This document shows positions 48,093-59,582 of a DNA stretch of 64,000 bases, in pieces (position 1 is the first letter of the stretch; each line of letters starts with the position of its first letter). Position numbers and translations under genes: made by a program. This DNA is from Bugula neritina (lineage: Eukaryota > Animalia > Bryozoa), in the NCBI GenBank assembly GCA_964035545.1, contig OZ037765.1, positions 3,916,698 to 3,980,697 of the forward strand, in the 5' to 3' direction. Under the pieces are notes generated by a model. It was given only the letters and a program-made list of their open reading frames with translations. It searched no databases and was not told the origin of the DNA.

Positions 48093-51000
48093 GCTACTAC
48101 TGCTACTACTACTACTTTGTTTGGTCAAATACTAGTAATGGTATATATTCCCATCGCACTGAAAAATATTTTGGTGATTCAGGTTTCTCGGCAAGTAAAA
48201 CAGTTCCATTTCACTCAGTGGCCTGACCACGGAGTTCCAACCACCTCAGGACTTCTCAGTTTCCGACACAGAGTCAAGCAAGACATGTCTGCTAGCTATA
48301 AGCCTGCTATTATCCACTGCAGGTAGGTTGTATTTGCTAGCTATAAGTCTGCTATTATCCACTGCAGGTAGGTTGTATCTGTTAGCTATAAGTATGCTAT
48401 TATCCACTGCAGGTAGGTTGTATCTGTTAGCTATAAGTATGCTATTATCCACTGCAGGTAGGTTGTATCTGCTAGCTATAAGTCTGCTATTATCCACTGC
48501 AGGTAGGTTGTATCTGCTAGCTATAAGTCTGCTATTATCCACTGCAGGTAGGTTGTATCTGCTAGCTATAAGCCTGCTATTATCCACTGCAGGTAGGTTG
48601 TATCTGCTTGCTATAAGTCTGCTATTATTCACTGCAGGTAGGTTGTATCTGCTAGCTATAAGCCTGCTATTATCCACTGCAGGTAGGTTGTGTCTGCTAG
48701 CTATAAGCCTGCTATTATCCACTGCAGGTAGGTTGTATCTGTTAGCTATAAGTCTGCTATTATCCACTGCAGTATAACATCTGTTTATATATTCTATACA
48801 CAAGAGTGGGATACTTGCAGTGCTGGTGTGGGAAGAACTGGTACATTCATAGGACTGGATATTCTTATAGACGAGGGTAAGACAACTACCACTGGTGGAC
48901 AAGATGGAACTGTAGATGTGATGAAATGTGTGTATAATATGAGACTTAACAGGACACAGATGGTTCAGACCCACGTATGTATTATCACTCTTGTTATTAT
49001 GTCTTGCCCTTTTATAAGTATATGTTTGGTGTGATTTTAATGATATAATTATATAATGTATAAGTTATATTTTGCCCTTCTGTTCTTATCAATGTAATCT
49101 GTATTCTACCAACTGATTAATGTACAATATGCAGTATATCAGTATTTCACTCTATTCTATGGTTCATATTCTAGGAGCAATACTCTTTCCTCTATGAAAT
49201 AGTCGCCGAGGCTTTAGACTGTGGAGATACTTCCATCGTCTGCTCCCAATTCTCTGAAACATTACAGAAAATGCGTCAAGTTTGTCTTTCTATTTCAAAC
49301 GTATCACATTCTTATCAAATACTTCTTATTTCTACGATGTTTTGTTCTTTATATATACTCATAATTAGCACCCTACACTCTGTTGGTAATGAATGGATAT
49401 TATTGGTTGTTAGAGACCTGCTAGAGGTCAGAGGTCAGTGTTAGAGCAACAGTTCAGGATGGTCAACGCTGCAACAGCTTCTTCTAAGCCTCGTCAGTTA
49501 ATAAGTCCAAACGCAGTTTCTAAAGAGAATGTTGAGAAGAATAGAGATGAGACAGTTTTACCCAGTAGGTTCTTGGTGTCTGGTGTTTTTTCATCTCCTG
49601 TAGTTTTAAGGTTTATACTCTGTAAAATTAAGTTATGCGATCCAATAGGGGAAAGCAATCATTTTATTCTACACTATGTTCCACTGGGCAATTTTTCTCT
49701 TCTTTATGTTACAAGTTATTTTCCCATTTTCGATTTCATGTCTCTTTGATTCAATCAATTAATCCAAGCCCATATTGTGACACAGTAGTGTCTCTGTAGT
49801 CATCACGTTGTGTCTTACAGCTGAAAGAAACAGTGTCCTGCTACCATACATTAGTGACTCACGTAATGGCTACATTAATGCAGTCTACTGTGACGTAAGT
49901 TGAATCTCTCTTCTCAGTGTGAATGACTTTCCAGCAGATGGTACTATGCATTCTGTTTGAATAATAGTGCTTTAAAGCAAGTGAATACTATACATAATAT
50001 ATTGTATGTAACTCTGTACACAGGGCTACCAGAACAGAAGGGGGTTTATTGTGACTCAGACTCCTTTGACAGATACAGCTGAAGACTTCTGGCATATGAC
50101 AGTAGACAACAAGTGCTCTGTTATAGTGTACCTGAATGACTGTCTGGTATGTAGATACCATGTGTAGTCCCCAGCACTATAATATGTATATCTTATGTGC
50201 TGTAAATGTGTTTATATATTTCTCATTCTGATGCCAAGTTAATGACTAAATTTTCTTTTAATTCATCATATATTACTTTACAATTGTTAATAAAGATATA
50301 TTACAATTTGAAAATATACAAATAAACACTTGACAGTGAGAGACAACTCCTATGTGGTTTCACTTTAGAATGAGAAAGTCTATTGGCCGACCAATGGAGG
50401 TGAGAAGTTTCAGTTTGGTAAAGTAAGCATAGAGAATACATATTCTCAGGAAATACTGAATATGGAGACAGGAGGTGGTGTGGAGACAGAGTTGACGTGT
50501 ACTCATGGAAATGTAAGAGATGGAACAATTGATTTACTCGACGTTACTTCATAACACAATTATGGTGTTTGAACGGATTATTGATTATGTAACTTAGAAT
50601 CAGACTATATTTCTTTTTTCATGAACTCATAATGTTATGACCTATGGTTAATTGATTAGTTGGATACATATAAGTATAGAATGTAGTTAGTATACTAAGG
50701 CATCATCAAGTCAACATTTGCAGCTTATTTCTGTGCATCAGAACTAACTGGTGTAACACTGACTTCAGTGCTTGGGAAGACCGTTGGTCTGTCAAATAAA
50801 GTAACGACAAATTTATTTAGTTATAGATTTTAAAAATAATAGGCGCTGGATGAACCAATCAGATTTAAGTTGTGTTTGATTCTAGTCAGATATTTAGGCC
50901 TAAAAATGACATTTGATAATTCATAACTGTGGGAGACCGTCTTTAATGATATACTGTTTTGCTGGTGCATTGACTTATTTGGTTTATTGATATGAATTGT

Positions 51001-52361
51001 GAATATATGTGGTATTACTGTTATATATTGTAATACTACTATATAGGTAATGCACAGAATAGTTCTGTTTTATCTGACCAACGTTTTAATGCTTTGTGGA
51101 CTTTCTGTAGACCAGCCATGAAGTTACTCTGTTGGAAGTGAAAATTGCTGATGGTAGACTACTCTCAACCAATCAGCTTACAGCTCTCTGTAATAAACTA
51201 GAGAAGTATACAACTGCAGGTCATCCCCCCATTACAGTACAGTGTCTGTAAGTTACCTTCCCCCCTCCCTCTCTTTTCCTTGCATCGTGTCCGGGATATT
51301 TGTAAGCTTTAATATAACTAATATATGCGTAATTTTAAACTCAGTTTTCAATAATGAAAGCAGTTTTGTAAAATTATTATATTTAGTTTGGAATTATCAT
51401 CACTTGACTGTCAAAGGATATGAATACAGAGTAATTATACTCACTGTGTTGTAGTAATGGTAGTAGATTGAGTGGCATTCTAGTGATAGCCATGAATCTC
51501 TACCTCAGAGCTCGTATGGAACAGGAAGTTGATGTTGTTTTGGAGGTAAAACTGGCTCGTAGAAGTAGACCTCAGTTTATAGCTGACTCGGTAAGTTCTC
51601 TTCTCATCACACAATCTCTCTGAACATATTCTCTCTTTATTTTATTTTATGAAGACTCGATCTGTGATATACTGGTGAGAAACTACAGTGTTTGCTAATT
51701 GGGTTGGGATCAATCACATATGAATGTAATTAATTACAATTACATGAGAATTTGTCAATTGCAATTACAATTATAATTACAGTTGAAATAAATGTGATTA
51801 ATTACAATTACATTGTAATGTAATTAATTACAATTACTTTTGTTGTCACAAGAGACAAAGAAAAGTTATATAATCTCACTTCTGGGGTCCAACTACTAGG
51901 GGCAATTTTTACAACGGAAAACCTTTCTTGTTCTCAACAGTAACGAATAGGGTGATAAATTTGACATAAAATTAATCTGAACTTTTTATTAAACAGTAGG
52001 CAAGGCAGGAAAAATATGAATCTCAAAAGATCTTCAAATTTAAAGTAATTGTTATGTAATTATAAAGTAATTGTAAAATTCAATTACATTAGCAATGTAA
52101 TTAATTACAATTACATTTCTATACATAAATTACAAATTGCATGCAATTACTCCAAAAATATAATTAATCACAACCAATTACAATTGCAAATTACAATTAC
52201 TCCAACCCTACTGCTAAATATATTATTTTAATATCTTCATTGTGAAATATAAAATTGCATTTACTCATTAGAATTCAATGTTGTAGGAGTCGTTTGACCT
52301 TCTCTATGAATTTGTGTCCTCTTATCTCTCTGACTTTAATGATTACTCCAACTTCCGCTAG
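33165..52361 (+). CDS. Receptor-type protein tyrosine phosphatase (signal peptide, 2 PAN/apple, unassigned beta-rich domain, FN3 repeats, furin site, TM, PTP D1 and D2). Exons: 33165-33216, 34435-34686, 35822-36085, 36762-37262, 37836-38153, 38774-38871, 39128-39317, 39500-39612, 40621-40831, 41109-41495, 41650-41812, 41896-41966, 42546-42784, 44874-44958, 45251-45321, 45649-45685, 47083-47180, 47265-47396, 48183-48322, 48821-48974, 49175-49279, 49414-49564, 49821-49894, 50024-50146, 50369-50512, 51111-51247, 51455-51590, 52287-52361
   Basis: Signal peptide MMLLKLQVAVFVLATVDA; PAN ECRAQC...CASINY...CEL; RKKR furin site; VGDNQTYGGYWNRPL; TM GIIGGVVGGLTALVIVVVVVVVAM. D1 has RNRF, DYVNAN, IACQGP, KCSVYWP, WPDHG, HCSAGVGRTG and MVQT. 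D2 has the degenerate VQCLNGSRLSG. C-terminus DYSNFR*. Splice phases are consistent throughout. Confidence 0.9.
33272..33338 (-). mobile_element. SINE 5' fragment in RPTP intron 1
   Basis: CTAATAGCCTTTACTGGGATTAGAACCGCTGACCTCCTG...GGCTGCTCT matches the tRNA-like head of the SINE at 12480-12561. Confidence 0.55.
42833..43060. mobile_element. Degenerate palindromic MITE, interrupted near its right end by the Foldback-like element
   Basis: Left arm GGCACAGGTGGCAAAGTAGGTAAAAATGG is imperfectly inverted relative to right arm TTACCTACTTTCCATTTGTGCC; GGGTT-rich centre. Confidence 0.55.
43062..44750. mobile_element. Non-autonomous Foldback/Mutator-like DNA transposon (1689 bp) with long modular inverted repeats
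   Basis: Termini GGGTGTGACTAAAATGGGTGGCCACCCGGTGTCG and CGACACCGGGTGGCCACCCATTTTAGTCACACCC; 9-bp TSD CTTAAAGTG (43053-43061 and 44751-44759); about 450-bp inverted arms; no transposase ORF. Confidence 0.85.
45963..46409. mobile_element. PIF/Harbinger-type (Tourist-like) MITE, 447 bp
   Basis: Perfect 16-bp TIRs AGTTGCGTTTATACCT / AGGTATAAACGCAACT with a TTA TSD on both sides (45960-45962 and 46410-46412). Confidence 0.85.
47406..48116. repeat. About 710-bp interrupted (ACT)n microsatellite inside RPTP intron 47397-48182
   Basis: ACT/GCT/ACC/AGT triplets, with an internal block duplicated (about 47570-47720 and 47890-48010). Confidence 0.95.
48287..48772 (+). repeat. 45-bp tandem array (about 11 units) duplicating the exon/intron junction of the PTP HC|SAG exon
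   Basis: Unit GCTAGCTATAAG(C/T)CTGCTATTATCCACTGCAGGTAGGTTGTATCT; GT donors at 48323+45n for n=0-9. Confidence 0.95.
51699..52210. mobile_element. hAT-like MITE with AATTAC subterminal repeats, in the last RPTP intron
   Basis: Ends T(T)GGGTTGGG and CTCCAACCCTA; many AATTAC/GTAATT repeats near both ends; TGCTAA in both flanks (degenerate TSD). Confidence 0.6.
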
Positions 52362-52694
52362 AACTTGGCTTTCATCTGCAGCTGTAGGAAGATCTTGTCT
52401 GATAGATTCACACCACACCATGTCTTCTATACACATATGCACCTTTTTTCCGTATTTTGCAAAGTTAATTATTCAATATTAATGCTTTATTTGGTAATAT
52501 TTTTGATATTATAAAATGTATTTTTTTTATTTCCATTATATTTCTTAGCATATCACGTATGCAAGGAAACTCTTTCATGCTATTTCTATTTCATAGTTTA
52601 TTGTAAATTTTGATTTTTGTATTTATCTATTGATGATTCTAAGTGATTCTATCAAATAAATTAAAATGTGACAATGAAACCATCTGAAACTTGT

Positions 52695-52700
52695 AATAAA
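52695..52700 (+). terminator. Candidate polyadenylation signal of the RPTP gene
   Basis: AATAAA about 330 nt after the stop codon. Confidence 0.35.
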
Positions 52701-53750
52701 AAATGCAGTTAGCAGTGTCTATAATGGCTATCTGTCAGCTAAAATTAAGTTGGTGCTACTTTAAATTTATTTTATACATCACTTATCACACACAGTCACA
52801 GCTTACACTTTAACCTATCAGTTCAAGCTCATAACATATTATTTACCTTTTCTGGCAGCAATTTGTTTAGATCATCTTATTCTAGCATCTTGAAACTTCA
52901 CAAGCTTTCCTAAGTTATCTCACTGTGAAGGAGTCATGCCTACTCATACAGATATTCCAACCCCTCTCCCTGACTTACTCTAACTTTCACAACTAATCTA
53001 TCACCTCAACCAATGAGAAAGCATGATGTGTGTTTGTTGGTCATCACTTGAGTCGAAAACATAAATTCTCACCATGTTTATTTCATGATTATAATACAGT
53101 TCATAAGACAGTGGTGGCTGTAGACCTGGCACAGCGAAGCTGTAATCAACATACTATGCCCAACAAAAGAGAGCCACTACTACCTGCAAACCCAGTAGTT
53201 TGTTTTTAAATATTTATCTTATTTGAGGAATTTCAAAATGTAATTTGGTAGCAGGTTTTACATTTCATTTTACAGCTAGATGCTCTACATCTAAATAACT
53301 ATGCAAACTGTAAACACTGCAAACTATTGGTGTTTTATATTCAGTAGTTGTTGATTTACCTCAGATGCTATACCTGCTTGCAGTATACTAAATTTAGACC
53401 CAAACCAAATTACAAGCAGTCTTATTTAACAAAGAGTCACTGTGTTCATACATTGCAAGTAGTCTTGATCTGCAAAGACTTACTGTGTTCACATCAGCTA
53501 AGACCCACACATATAATTTCATGCAGCAAATAATAGCATTCAATGCATAAATTATTACAACTTGTTTATCAAGATAAGTATCGTCCATGCCTGCAGTATT
53601 TTGTTACTTCCATGAAATACTAATTATTAATAAAGGGTCCAAATTTCTTAAATGTAAAACAAAAATGGTGCAAATATTGTTTTTGTTTCATAGACATGTG
53701 ATATGCAAACCTTGGCTTATTATTTATAGACTCTATACTTTCTAGTCTAT

Positions 53751-54056
53751 TGTGGTGGTTCGTGGAACTACCAGCAGCACAACATGTAGGGTCGCGTAAT
53801 TGACCCGGAACAATGGATAGCCAATTAGCGTAGTTGATAGTTAGCAGCAATTGTAGTTTCCCGCTGCTAACTCAGTCGAAGCTAGAGTGTGAAATAGATT
53901 AGATGTGTAACTTGTTAGAAATAATGTATCGTGTTTTTATAATGTATAGTTGTGTATAAAATATACTCGTTCACTCGACTTAGCCTGGTGCAGTTCTATA
54001 CTAGATAAATAGACTCTCTGGATAGCATATCAACCCTAAATCTGGAAATTATAACA
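53751..54056 (+). repeat. 5' LTR, copy 2
   Basis: 306 bp; four differences from the copy 1 LTRs by manual comparison. Confidence 0.95.
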
Positions 54057-54087
54057 GTGGTGGCAGCGGTGGGATAGTGCATCCAAG

Positions 54088-55047
54088 ATGGAGACTGAAA
54101 ATGCTGGAACTCAACCACCGGCAATCGAAGGTGAGCGTAGAGACAATGCTGTAGAGACAATGCCTGTTAACCATGTAGTAGAAGAGCGAAGGGTTCCGCG
54201 AGAACTAGCTGAAGACCGCTACAGGTTAAAGGCGCCCACCTTCACGGGTGAAGAGGAGGTGGAACAATTTATCCAAGAGTTTAGCGACGTAATGGACGTC
54301 GCTCAGTGGCCCCCTAGGGTGGCCCTGTTGAAGCTTAGAATGGCATTGATGGACAAAGCCAAGCCCTATGGGCTGGGCGTAGACATTGATAATATCTTTG
54401 CTTCTCTGCGGGCCCGCTTTGGCCTCTCTGCTACAGATGCCAGGGCCCGATTGCAGAGGTTGCGGCGTGATCCCCGCACCCCGCTGCGGGAGCATGCCGC
54501 CGCGGTCATGAAGCTGGCACAGATCGCGTACAGCGACTTGCCCCCAGTCAACCGCGAGAGGTACACCCTCGACGCTTTCATAGCATCTGTCGACGATCTG
54601 GGTCTCCACCACCAGTTTCTAGCTAGGGGAGTCACCACCGTTGAAGATGCTTTGACTGAGGGGGAAGCTTACCTCCTAGCTAACCAAATGCATAAAAGTC
54701 GCGGAAGCTCCCGCCAAGTGGAGATAGACCGCGCAGACACGGCCGCGGGACAAGGGGAGGAAACCCCCGCCGCGGCTGCCGTGTCCCAGTTGGCGACGGC
54801 ATCAAAAGTCACTCAACTGACGGACATGCTAGCCAAGCTGATAGCAACACTGACACCACAAAACCCAGTGAGTACCGCCCCTGAGCCCATGCGGCCATCG
54901 GCGCCGCCACAGGGAGAAACAGTCAGTTTTTGCTGGGAGTGCGGAAATCAAGGACATTTCCGCCGATATTGTCCCTTCCTAAATCCGGGGTTAAACTACC
55001 GCGGCCCGCAGATGTTCCCACCTTCCGCGGGCCGACGAAACCTCTAG
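54088..55047 (+). CDS. gag: Gag, copy 2
   Basis: 319 aa, intact, four amino acid differences from copy 1. Frameshift heptamer GTTAAAC at 54990-54996. Confidence 0.92.
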   Translation: METENAGTQPPAIEGERRDNAVETMPVNHVVEERRVPRELAEDRYRLKAPTFTGEEEVEQFIQEFSDVMDVAQWPPRVALLKLRMALMDKAKPYGLGVDIDNIFASLRARFGLSATDARARLQRLRRDPRTPLREHAAAVMKLAQIAYSDLPPVNRERYTLDAFIASVDDLGLHHQFLARGVTTVEDALTEGEAYLLANQMHKSRGSSRQVEIDRADTAAGQGEETPAAAAVSQLATASKVTQLTDMLAKLIATLTPQNPVSTAPEPMRPSAPPQGETVSFCWECGNQGHFRRYCPFLNPGLNYRGPQMFPPSAGRRNL

Positions 55048-58000
55048 GGAAGAAGAAACGCAGGTCACCCAGACGGGTACCGCGTACTGGCAACCAACAG
55101 TGGCAACAGCCACGACGGACCAGCAAGGGGCTTCGCCCCGCGGCTGCCTTTTCTATGCCCCTTCACAACAGATTCACAGGGCTACAAGTCCAAGAATCTG
55201 GATGGGAGCACACAAAGGTAGCTGAGAATCTAGCCTCGGCACCCCCGAGGCCTACCTATCACCGCCCCAAGAGACCTCCTTCGCGACCTAAAGCGAGGGA
55301 GGTACTCCCTGCGAGAGTGAGGCCTGAAGGGAGAGTTCAGGTGCAGCCCCATGAAAACAGCTATTTCTTGCCCGGTAAACTGGAAGGCAAAGCTGTTACT
55401 TTTCTCATTGATTCGGGCTGTACCACAAACCTCTTAAGCCGCCAACTCTTCGACACCCTCAGTGCTAGGGTCAGGGGCGAGATGGAAGCATACGAAGGGG
55501 AATACGGCACCCTAGCTGACGGGTCGTGCCTTCCCTTCTATGGTATAATTGAGCTGACGGGACGAGTCCGCGATCAAACGATCCAAGAGACGTTCATCGT
55601 CAGTCAGCTCAAGGAGGATGCTATCCTCGGGATGCCGTTCCTTAAACGGCACGGATGTCACATAGATTTTAGCAGATCTGCAATGATGATGTCCGGGCGG
55701 GAACTCGCCTGCGTCGACAAGTTCGGCTGCCCCTTAGTGGGAGGTGTGCAAGTGGTACGCAACCGTACCATACCAGGCCGCTCCCGGGCTACCATTCACT
55801 GCAGGGTGAATAGTAGCCGGATCTCTGGACTCGGGGTGGTTGAAGGCGCACACGAAAAGATCCAACTTGCCAGCAGTCTGAATCAGCTGACTGAGCAAGG
55901 GGAGATCTTAGTGCAGTGCGTCAACCTCTTTACCGAGCCTATCAAGCTCCCGGCTGGGTCGATGCTGGGCCGTTTTCACTCTGTTCAGGAGGGAGACGTA
56001 GGCCCGTCGCTGGGTGATGCGACAGAGGCACTCCCTCGACACCCTATTCAGGGACGAGGAGCAGTCCCAACACATCTCCGGGAGTTATATGAAACAGCCA
56101 GTGGCGGCTGCGCGAGTAACAGAGAGCGCCAAGCTATGGCCAAGTTACTACGCGACTACGGTGATGTGTTCAGCAGCGGAGAGCATGACGTGGGACTGAC
56201 TGGAATTGTCAGACACGAAATACCGCTGACTGCAGGGACAGTCCCTGTCCGGCAGCCCACACGCAGGCTGGGGCCGGAGAAAGAGAAGGAGGTTAGCCGA
56301 CAAGTACGGGATCTTCTGGACCGGGGACTGATAGAGCCCGCCCATAGTGCGTGGAGCTCGCCAGTCGTACTGGTCCGGAAGAAAGACGGCAGTTGGCGGT
56401 TCTGTGTGGACTACCGCAAACTCAATAGCGTAACCATACAGGACGCCTACCCTCTACCTCGTATTGACGAGTCCTTGGACGCCCTAGCCGGCAGCAAGTA
56501 CTTCAGTACGTTAGACTTGCTAAGCGGCTATTGGCAGGTTCCTCTGAGTCCCGACGCCCAAGAGAAAGCGGCGTTTATCACACGGGACGGTTTGTGGAAG
56601 TGGAAGGTGCTGCCCTTCGGGTTAACCTCCGCCCCAGCCACCTTCCAGAGGCTGATGGAACAAGTCCTTAGCGGACTCCATTGGAAGACACTGCTGGTCT
56701 ACCTCGATGATGTCATCGTAATCTCTCCAGACTTCGAGACACATGTCAGTCGTCTGCAGGAGGTTTTCGAGAGACTCCGAGGTGCCGGTCTTAAGCTCAA
56801 ACCTTCCAAGTGCGCTCTGTTGCAGCCGGAGGTCAAGTACCTGGGGCACGTTGTCGGTCGAAACGGCGTGGCAACGGATCCCGAAAAGGTACGGGCAGTA
56901 GAAGACTGGGTCACCCCCCAAGACTTGACCGGACTCCGGGCTTTCTTGGGGCTGGTAGGGTATTACAGGCAATACATACCAGACTTTGCGGGCATAGCCC
57001 AGCCGTTAAACCGGCTTACCGCAAAAGGCGTGACGTGGCAGTGGACTCCAGTCGAACAAGAAGCGTTCGACCGCCTCAAGGGCTGCCTCCTAACGGCGCC
57101 CATCTTGGCCTACCCAGACCCCACTCTGGAGTACATCCTAGACACGGACGCCAGTGACCAGAATGTTGGCGCTGTGCTGTCACAAGTGCAGGAAGGCCGA
57201 GAAGTAGTAGTAGCCTACTACAGCAAGTCTCTCTCTCCCGCTGAACGAAATTACTGCACTACCCGCAAGGAGCTGCTGGCAGTAATCAAGTCAGTGAAGC
57301 ACTTCAGACCATACCTATATGGCAGGAAGTTCCGGCTGCGTACGGATCATGCCTCGCTGATCTGGTTGTGCAGGAGAGCAGAGCCCTCTAGTCAGGTCGC
57401 CCGGTAGCTCGAAATCCTAGCTGAATTCTCGTACCGGATCGAACACCGACCGGGCAAGAGACACAGCAATGCGGATGGGTTGAGTCGCCGACCTGACGGA
57501 GGTTGCAAACAGTGTCTCAACATCGAGAGGAGGAATGGAGGTCCCCCACGATGCGAGTTGGAGACGCTGGCTCATCACGGAGCACCGTTTGACTGGGATC
57601 AAGGTCAACTCAGACAAAGAGTTGATGAGTCCCCGGAGGATGTACAAAACCTCCGCGCCAACCCTGTACTGGCCGGTAATGTTCGAGAGCTGAAGAAGCT
57701 CCAAGAAGAGCTGCCTGGAGTCGTGGCAGACATATACCGGGCCAAAAAGGAAGGGCGACGACCCAGCGAGGAACGCATACGACAGGGATGCGCCGAGTTC
57801 CGGCTATACTGTCAGCGTTGGGACTCGCTGCGGATCGGGCAGGATGAGTTGCTAACCATCTCTCTAGCTGCCAGCGGTAGACACCCGGAGAGGAAGAGGG
57901 TAGTCTGCCCCACAGCCATCCGCCGTGAGTTGATTTGGGATACTCACAAGCAGGCCCACGCAGGGGTCAAGCGAGTGATGTCCAAATTACGACTCCGGTG

Positions 58001-59558
58001 GTATTGGCCGCAGATGGAGCGTGACGTCCGGCTCAGAGTCAAACAGTGTGAGATCTGCCAGGCCAGTAAGCATAGCCGCCCCCCTGGTGAAGCAGGACGG
58101 CGGAGGCTATATGCTGGTAGGCCCTGGCAAGTAGTCGCTGTAGACCTGGTCGGACCCATGCCCCTGACCCCCAGAGGCAATAATTGGATCTTAGTACTAA
58201 CCGACTACTTTACTAGGTGGGCGGATGCTCTGGCTATCCCAGATGCATCAGCCCCAACAGTGGCCAGGGCACTAGACCAACATGTATTCTGTTATTTTGG
58301 GCTTCCCGAACAGATACACTCTGATCAAGGCGCTCAATTCCAGTCTCAACTGATGAGCGACCTTTGCCACTTCTGGGGAGTAAATCAGAGCAGGACCACC
58401 CCCTACCACCCTCAAGGTAACGGGGTGGTGGAGCGCAACAACCGGATGCTAGGTGATGCACTCCGGAGTCTCCTCCTTGGACGAGGTCAAGAGGAATGGG
58501 ATACGGTGTTGCCGCAAGTCATGCGTGCATATCGTAGCACCCCACACACCAGTACTGGTGAGACCCCAAACCTCTTGATGCTCGGGAGAAAGACTCGTGT
58601 CCCTGACCATCTCACCTATCACGTTCCAGAGCAAGACAACTCGGTTCACGAGTATGCCAGTGAACTAGTGGAACGGATGAAGGCCGCACACGATATACTG
58701 CGTCAACAGCAGTGGAAGGTGCGGCACGAAGATTCCGATGAACCCCCTCTCTATCAAAGGGGAGATAAGGTGTGGATGGTCAATTACCGTAGGCGCCGCG
58801 GACAGGCTGATAAGCTGAAGCCTAAGTTCGTAGGCCCCTACGTGGTCGTCGAGGCTATGCCCAATCATACGTACAAGATCGAGCGCTCAGGACAGGTATC
58901 TATCCAGAATGAGTCTCGCTTGAAACCGTATTGGGCTAGCCCCGGCGGAGTGGGAGAAGCCCCCCCGTTGTTAGAGCCCAGAAGGCAGACAACAACGCGC
59001 GGGCGACGGCGGCATGGACCTGAATACGAAGTGGTCATACCGCGGGAAGAACACTTGGTGAGAGAGGAGCGGCAGCTTCTATCAACAGAAGCGTGTCCGC
59101 CACCGCCAAGTCTGATTCCATCACTTCCAGAAACCGAGCCGGTTCCGGAAGTGCAAACCCCCACGGAGGGAGGGGCTCCATCCGGAGAACAAGAAGAGGT
59201 GACTGCTGACGGTGAAGTAGAGACGCCATTAGAGGCCCCTACTAACGAACCGGCAAGCGTGTCACCCCCCCTAGAAAGGGGACAGCGTACGAGGCAACCC
59301 CCCGCATACTTGAAGGACTTCGTATGTGACTGCGTTAAAAGCGGCACACATGAAAGTCTAGGGGAAAACCGTACGAGAAAAGAATCGAGCAAATGTGGGA
59401 GTTGTCAACACCACGGAAATATCAACTTTTGTATCGGCGGAAGTAGAAACAAAATTCATCCGCCGGGTGCACAAAGTCTTAATCACGCACCCCAACCACG
59501 TTGCTCGATCTTTTCATACGCTGATGCAGTCAAGAGTAGACGTGTTTCTAAGCAGTAG
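54996..59558 (+). pseudogene. pol: Pol, copy 2, with a premature stop (TGG>TAG at 57405-57407) at the end of RNase H
   Basis: ORFs 54930-57407 and 57480-59558 are in the same frame; copy 1 reads VARWLE at this position. Confidence 0.88.
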
Positions 59559-59582
59559 TTCAAACCATTTCACATATTCAGT

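Noticed and set aside
47274-48128. Poly-Ser, poly-Val and poly-Thr ORFs suggesting a mucin
   Set aside because: They are translations of an intronic (ACT)n microsatellite bounded by canonical splice sites of the PTP gene.
48246-48974. Repeat-peptide ORFs or a CRISPR-like array
   Set aside because: The units are contiguous with no unique spacers, the context is eukaryotic with no cas genes, and the ORFs arise because 45 is a multiple of 3.
50560-50946. Possible TTAA-type DNA transposon remnant
   Set aside because: Only one plausible terminus was found, with no matching TIR or TSD.
54930-59558. APOBEC-like G>A hypermutation of copy 2 (TGG>TAG, GGG>GAA)
   Set aside because: A>G and C/T differences are also frequent and direction cannot be polarised with two copies; no clear bias by eye.
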